A DNA stretch of 64,000 nt. Source: an uncultured Pseudomonas sp. Lineage in GTDB: Bacteria; Pseudomonadota; Gammaproteobacteria; Pseudomonadales; Pseudomonadaceae. The DNA is taken from positions 125,269 to 189,268 of the forward strand of contig CAUQIJ010000008.1 in the NCBI GenBank assembly GCA_963518285.1, written 5' to 3'. The position numbers and the translations under genes are program-made. Under the pieces are notes generated by a model that was given only the letters and a program-made list of their open reading frames with translations, made no database searches and was not told the origin of the DNA. Shown one piece after another: positions 63,476 through 64,000 of this stretch (the first letter of the stretch is position 1; every line of letters starts with the position of its first letter).

Positions 63476-64000
63476 ATGCCCCTCGCGCAGTTGATCACCC
63501 CACAGCAGTTGGCCGAGCGTCTGGGCTCGCCTCAGTTGGTGATTCTGGACTGTCGTTTTGCTCTGGAAGACGTTGACTACGGCCAGCGCAGCTATGCCGA
63601 AGGGCATATCGCCGGCGCACATTTTGCCGATCTGGAGCGCGACTTGAGTGGCAAGGTGGTCAAGGGCGAGACCGGCCGCCATCCGTTGCCGGACCCGCAC
63701 AGGCTGATAGAGCGCCTGCGCGATTGGGGTGTGGATAACCACAGTGAGGTGGTGCTGTATGACGACGGCACCGGTGCCTTCGCCGCGCGCGCCTGGTGGC
63801 TGCTGGCCTGGTTGGGCAAGCGCGACGGTGTGTCGATTCTTGATGGCGGGCTCAAGGCCTGGCATGCGGCGCAACTGCCGTTGAGCCTGGATTCGCCGGT
63901 CAAGCGCGAGGGCAGCTTCAGCGGTGAAGCCGACATGCAGTTGTTGGTCGATGCCGAGCAGTTGCTGGCCGAGCTGGGCAAGCCCGAGCTGACCTTGCTC
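63476..64000 (+). CDS. Rhodanese/3-mercaptopyruvate sulfurtransferase (SseA-like), runs off the window
   Basis: Manual translation MPLAQLITP...LDCRF...GHIAGA...GRHPLP...VVLYD...AARAWW...LDGG; AGGAG RBS; absent from the ORF track because it has no stop in the window. Confidence 0.88.
   Translation, partial: MPLAQLITPQQLAERLGSPQLVILDCRFALEDVDYGQRSYAEGHIAGAHFADLERDLSGKVVKGETGRHPLPDPHRLIERLRDWGVDNHSEVVLYDDGTGAFAARAWWLLAWLGKRDGVSILDGGLKAWHAAQLPLSLDSPVKREGSFSGEADMQLLVDAEQLLAELGKPELTLL

Overview
GC-rich chromosomal window from a Pseudomonas putida-group bacterium (inferred from gene content, codon bias and GTAG-type REP elements). The backbone is mostly core genome. It starts with a sulfur-starvation cluster (oscA-sbp-cysTWA, tonB-exbB-exbD, a degenerate SfnR-like AAA+ protein, metQ-like lipoprotein, a cysteine-type ABC system). 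It continues through serA/D2HGDH, rpiA, ilvA, rppH-ptsP, lgt-thyA, cadR/cadA, a 2-aminoethylphosphonate ABC system, folA, tcyP, ilvD, mutM, ggt and coaD. Three accessory insertions stand out. (1) An apparently intact IS110-family (IS621-like) element sits inside a REP doublet. Its non-coding left end reads directly as a bridge RNA, with target and donor guides, handshake bases and a promoter formed at the circle junction. (2) An Abi-like HEPN (RxxxxH) gene lies between thyA and cadR, with a previously unannotated divergent ~95-nt small RNA (own sigma70 promoter and terminator): a candidate RNA-antitoxin/anti-phage module. (3) A darT-like fragment + darT + darG island is bracketed by a 57/58-bp duplication of the ilvD 3' end. 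Its first toxin is 5'-truncated and the second has Asp at the catalytic Glu position. No rRNA, tRNA or CRISPR array was seen. All calls come from reading the sequence by eye; no database searches were run.
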